From positions 682,001 through 746,000 of the forward strand of contig NW_019028988.1 of assembly GCF_002105155.1 (NCBI RefSeq): 64,000 bases of DNA, written 5' to 3'. The translations under genes were made by a program, and so were the position numbers. This document shows, in pieces, positions 61,507 to 64,000 of this stretch. Under the pieces are notes generated by a model. That model worked only from the letters and a program-made list of their open reading frames with translations, ran no database searches and was not told the DNA's origin. This stretch comes from Lobosporangium transversale. Lineage: Eukaryota. Positions within the stretch are counted from its first letter, which is position 1. Each line of letters opens with the position of its first letter.

Positions 61507-64000
61507 AGTTTGGTAGATGAGAAGTATCTAATATTAAAAGAGGATCTGGACGCGTCCTTTAAAAAGGGGACTGAAACTGATAACTTAATCAATAATATGG
61601 GATGCTTAAGAGAGGAATAAATTAATCGTGTATGAGAGACCAAATGGATGATAGGTGATGATACGTATAGAGAATACCCTTTGAGGGTGTGGTTCTGTGG
61701 AGAATGACAATCAACTCGAAAAGGGATGAGGAGGAATATGAAAATAGTGAGAGGGAAAGTGAAATGGAAGACGTTAATGAACTAGGTCGGTGTGCAAGGA
61801 TTGAGAGTGTATGTACGACAGCGACAACGGAACAAAAGGAGAGAAGATTGGAGGTTTTATAGAAGAATCGGGGCCATGAGAGCAATGAAGAGACCGTGGG
61901 GGATAGACCCTATAAACATTGGGGAGCAGTGGGGAAAGAAGAGTTTGAGCGCACACAGGGGATACTAAATCTTGTGCTCTAGGGGATTACATTTTGTATT
62001 GATTGTATTAAATTGTTTATTTATTTAATTTTCTAGGTTTGACAAAATGCGAAGTATGTAATGCATCAGGACAACGCTTATTGAATAAGCATTTGAGCCT
62101 CATGAAAACATTTAGTCATGATGATTACTGTTTAATTTGTGCTAATAAGTCCAGGAACCAGGAGACAAACCAAAAAGGTTATGAAGATTAGACAATGCAC
62201 ACAGACAGACATGATCTTTAATTAGATCGTTGCCATATGATCCTTTATAGGCCTATTGGGCATGTTCTAGTAAAGGATAGTCGCACGCTTTGGTGTGCAA
62301 TGTACAAATGAAATATCATTAAGCATGAATTTTTCAGTAAAATGAATATATAATATACATGTACCACTTGCTCACGGTCATTTCGCCCCTCATTCCCACT
62401 AGTCTCGCTTTGCTGTGTTCCTCTCCTTTTCTCACTATTATCATATGCTAAAACAATCGCACTATGAGCGTTCATCTATTTCCTCTAAAGCTGAAAAAAA
62501 AAAAAAAAAAAAAAAAAAAAGGTAGACATGTCAATGAAGGAGTGTACATTAATTGGCCGAGTCTGCCTTATATTTTTAAACACACATCAATATTCAATGT
62601 CGTTATGTTTGTGCCACAACGACAAGCTAGTATATCAAGGACGTGAATGCTTGGCCTGATAGGAGACTGAGTAAAGTGTAAACGTAGCCAATAATGATCC
62701 ATGACCAAAAAAATGTTTATTTGATGTGTATCCTGTACTTTACTCCTGCAATACTTTAGAGGAACAATCATACATATTTATATTTTTGTTGTCGAAGCAT
62801 CTTTAGACTATATATATACCTCATTGTGTACTTTTAGACTGTCCCACTCGAGCAGACTAAGGTAGTCTTTCCTTCAATGACAGGCTGCCAATTCGTTATT
62901 GTTTTCTGCGGTTGAGTTCACGCTAAACTATCCATGAGAGTTTTTTTTGCAGATCAAGAGTATGGAAATTTCGCCATTCGGCTGAATTGGGGATATTTTC
63001 CATTATGCCATTGACAGTTGCGCGCTAGTCTTGTGGCCAATAATCTTGCATATCAATCCGGGGCCATTACTTATCCTCATATGCCAGACTTCAGCCATGG
63101 ACACCTGCGCCGTTTTCCAGTATGTTCTAGCCCAAAAAAAAAAAAAAAAAAAAAAAACAAACATGACAATAAACTTATAGACATGTGTATCTCTATTCTT
63201 TTATGTTGCACATTTATATATATACTATAATATTGAATATTGATGTAAACAATAATTTTAGACGCGTAATACAGCAGTAGACAAATATATTTGTACAAAC
63301 AAAAGCGCCATAGCCTATTATTCATCTTGACTGAGAAGAAAAAACATGTCGACATCAATAGAAGAGCAAATAAAAACAAACACCCGACTCACCACAAGAC
63401 ATGCCAAAATGGCTCTCATCTCTTACGGCCAATCATGAACAGGACCCTTATCCTTTGTTACCTTTTCTTTCCACTACAGAACCCTCCGCCTCCACAACCT
63501 GCTCAGACATATTATATTTCAGTATCTTGTGTTCAATCAATCTTAACATTTGCTACTTGCCATCATTGTCACTATCTTGTGTCCATACCGTTTCTAATAT
63601 TTGAAATAAAATAAGCATAAATATATATATATACATTGTTCTCATGCATCCATACAGCTTCATCATTCAACTTCCCAAAGAATGAAGTTGTTGGAAATAA
63701 CGCGCTTTCTACGTTATGCAATCTGTTTTATACGGCATGGGCATTTTATGTGAAGGCCCATGCATACCTTGGGATTGGATTTTGTTTGAATTCAGGAATT
63801 TCCCCTGGATTTTCGCGCCCATACTAATTTCTTTTAAAAGTATGTTTCTTCTCTTACTACTTTTTTTTTTTTTTTTTTTTTTTTTTGATAACTGGGGTCT
63901 ACGAGACTGTGATGGTTTATTATTCTTCTCTTTCTACTCCCTTGATCTTACCAACGTCCCTAAATAAATCTGAAGATAAACAAGTCGTATTGTTGATAGG

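Noticed and set aside
61900..64000. Short ORFs and splice-like sites at the window end
   Set aside because: I could not assemble a coherent spliced frame; treated as intergenic or upstream DNA.
1..64000. tRNA, rRNA, CRISPR arrays, U12-type introns, biosynthetic gene cluster
   Set aside because: None recognised. No RTATCCTT donors at the exon ends I read, and gene functions are unrelated housekeeping.

Overview
Gene-dense, intron-rich eukaryotic DNA with GT-AG introns and very many long poly(A)/poly(T) runs. Gene content and the lineage-type gene relics point to an early-diverging fungus, most likely Mortierellaceae (inference). About 20 conserved genes can be read: FCP/SCP-type phosphatase, multi-Myb protein, RAD6, NTH1, CCS1, SLC41/MgtE, MVD1, SEY1, NSE2, GMPPA-like, LEC1-like PX protein, TRAPPC2L, POL3, HNT1, rhodanese, UQCC2/CBP6-like, UBX, XRN2/RAT1, thiamine pyrophosphokinase and a large DUF3712 membrane protein. 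Between them lie small patches of decayed genes. (i) Two inverted F-box/RNI-like pseudogene paralogs ~16 kb apart share a 584-bp near-identical tract inside otherwise diverged sequence, and each has a fold-back upstream. One is a full-length 444-codon frame with 7 nonsense codons and no frameshift. (ii) A Crinkler-type NTPase/nuclease relic abuts a DUF6589-like relic. XRN2 carries a recent 432-bp tandem duplication of its RGG tail. No tRNA, rRNA, CRISPR or intact transposase was seen. Exon boundaries were read by eye and family names come from remembered motifs, not searches.
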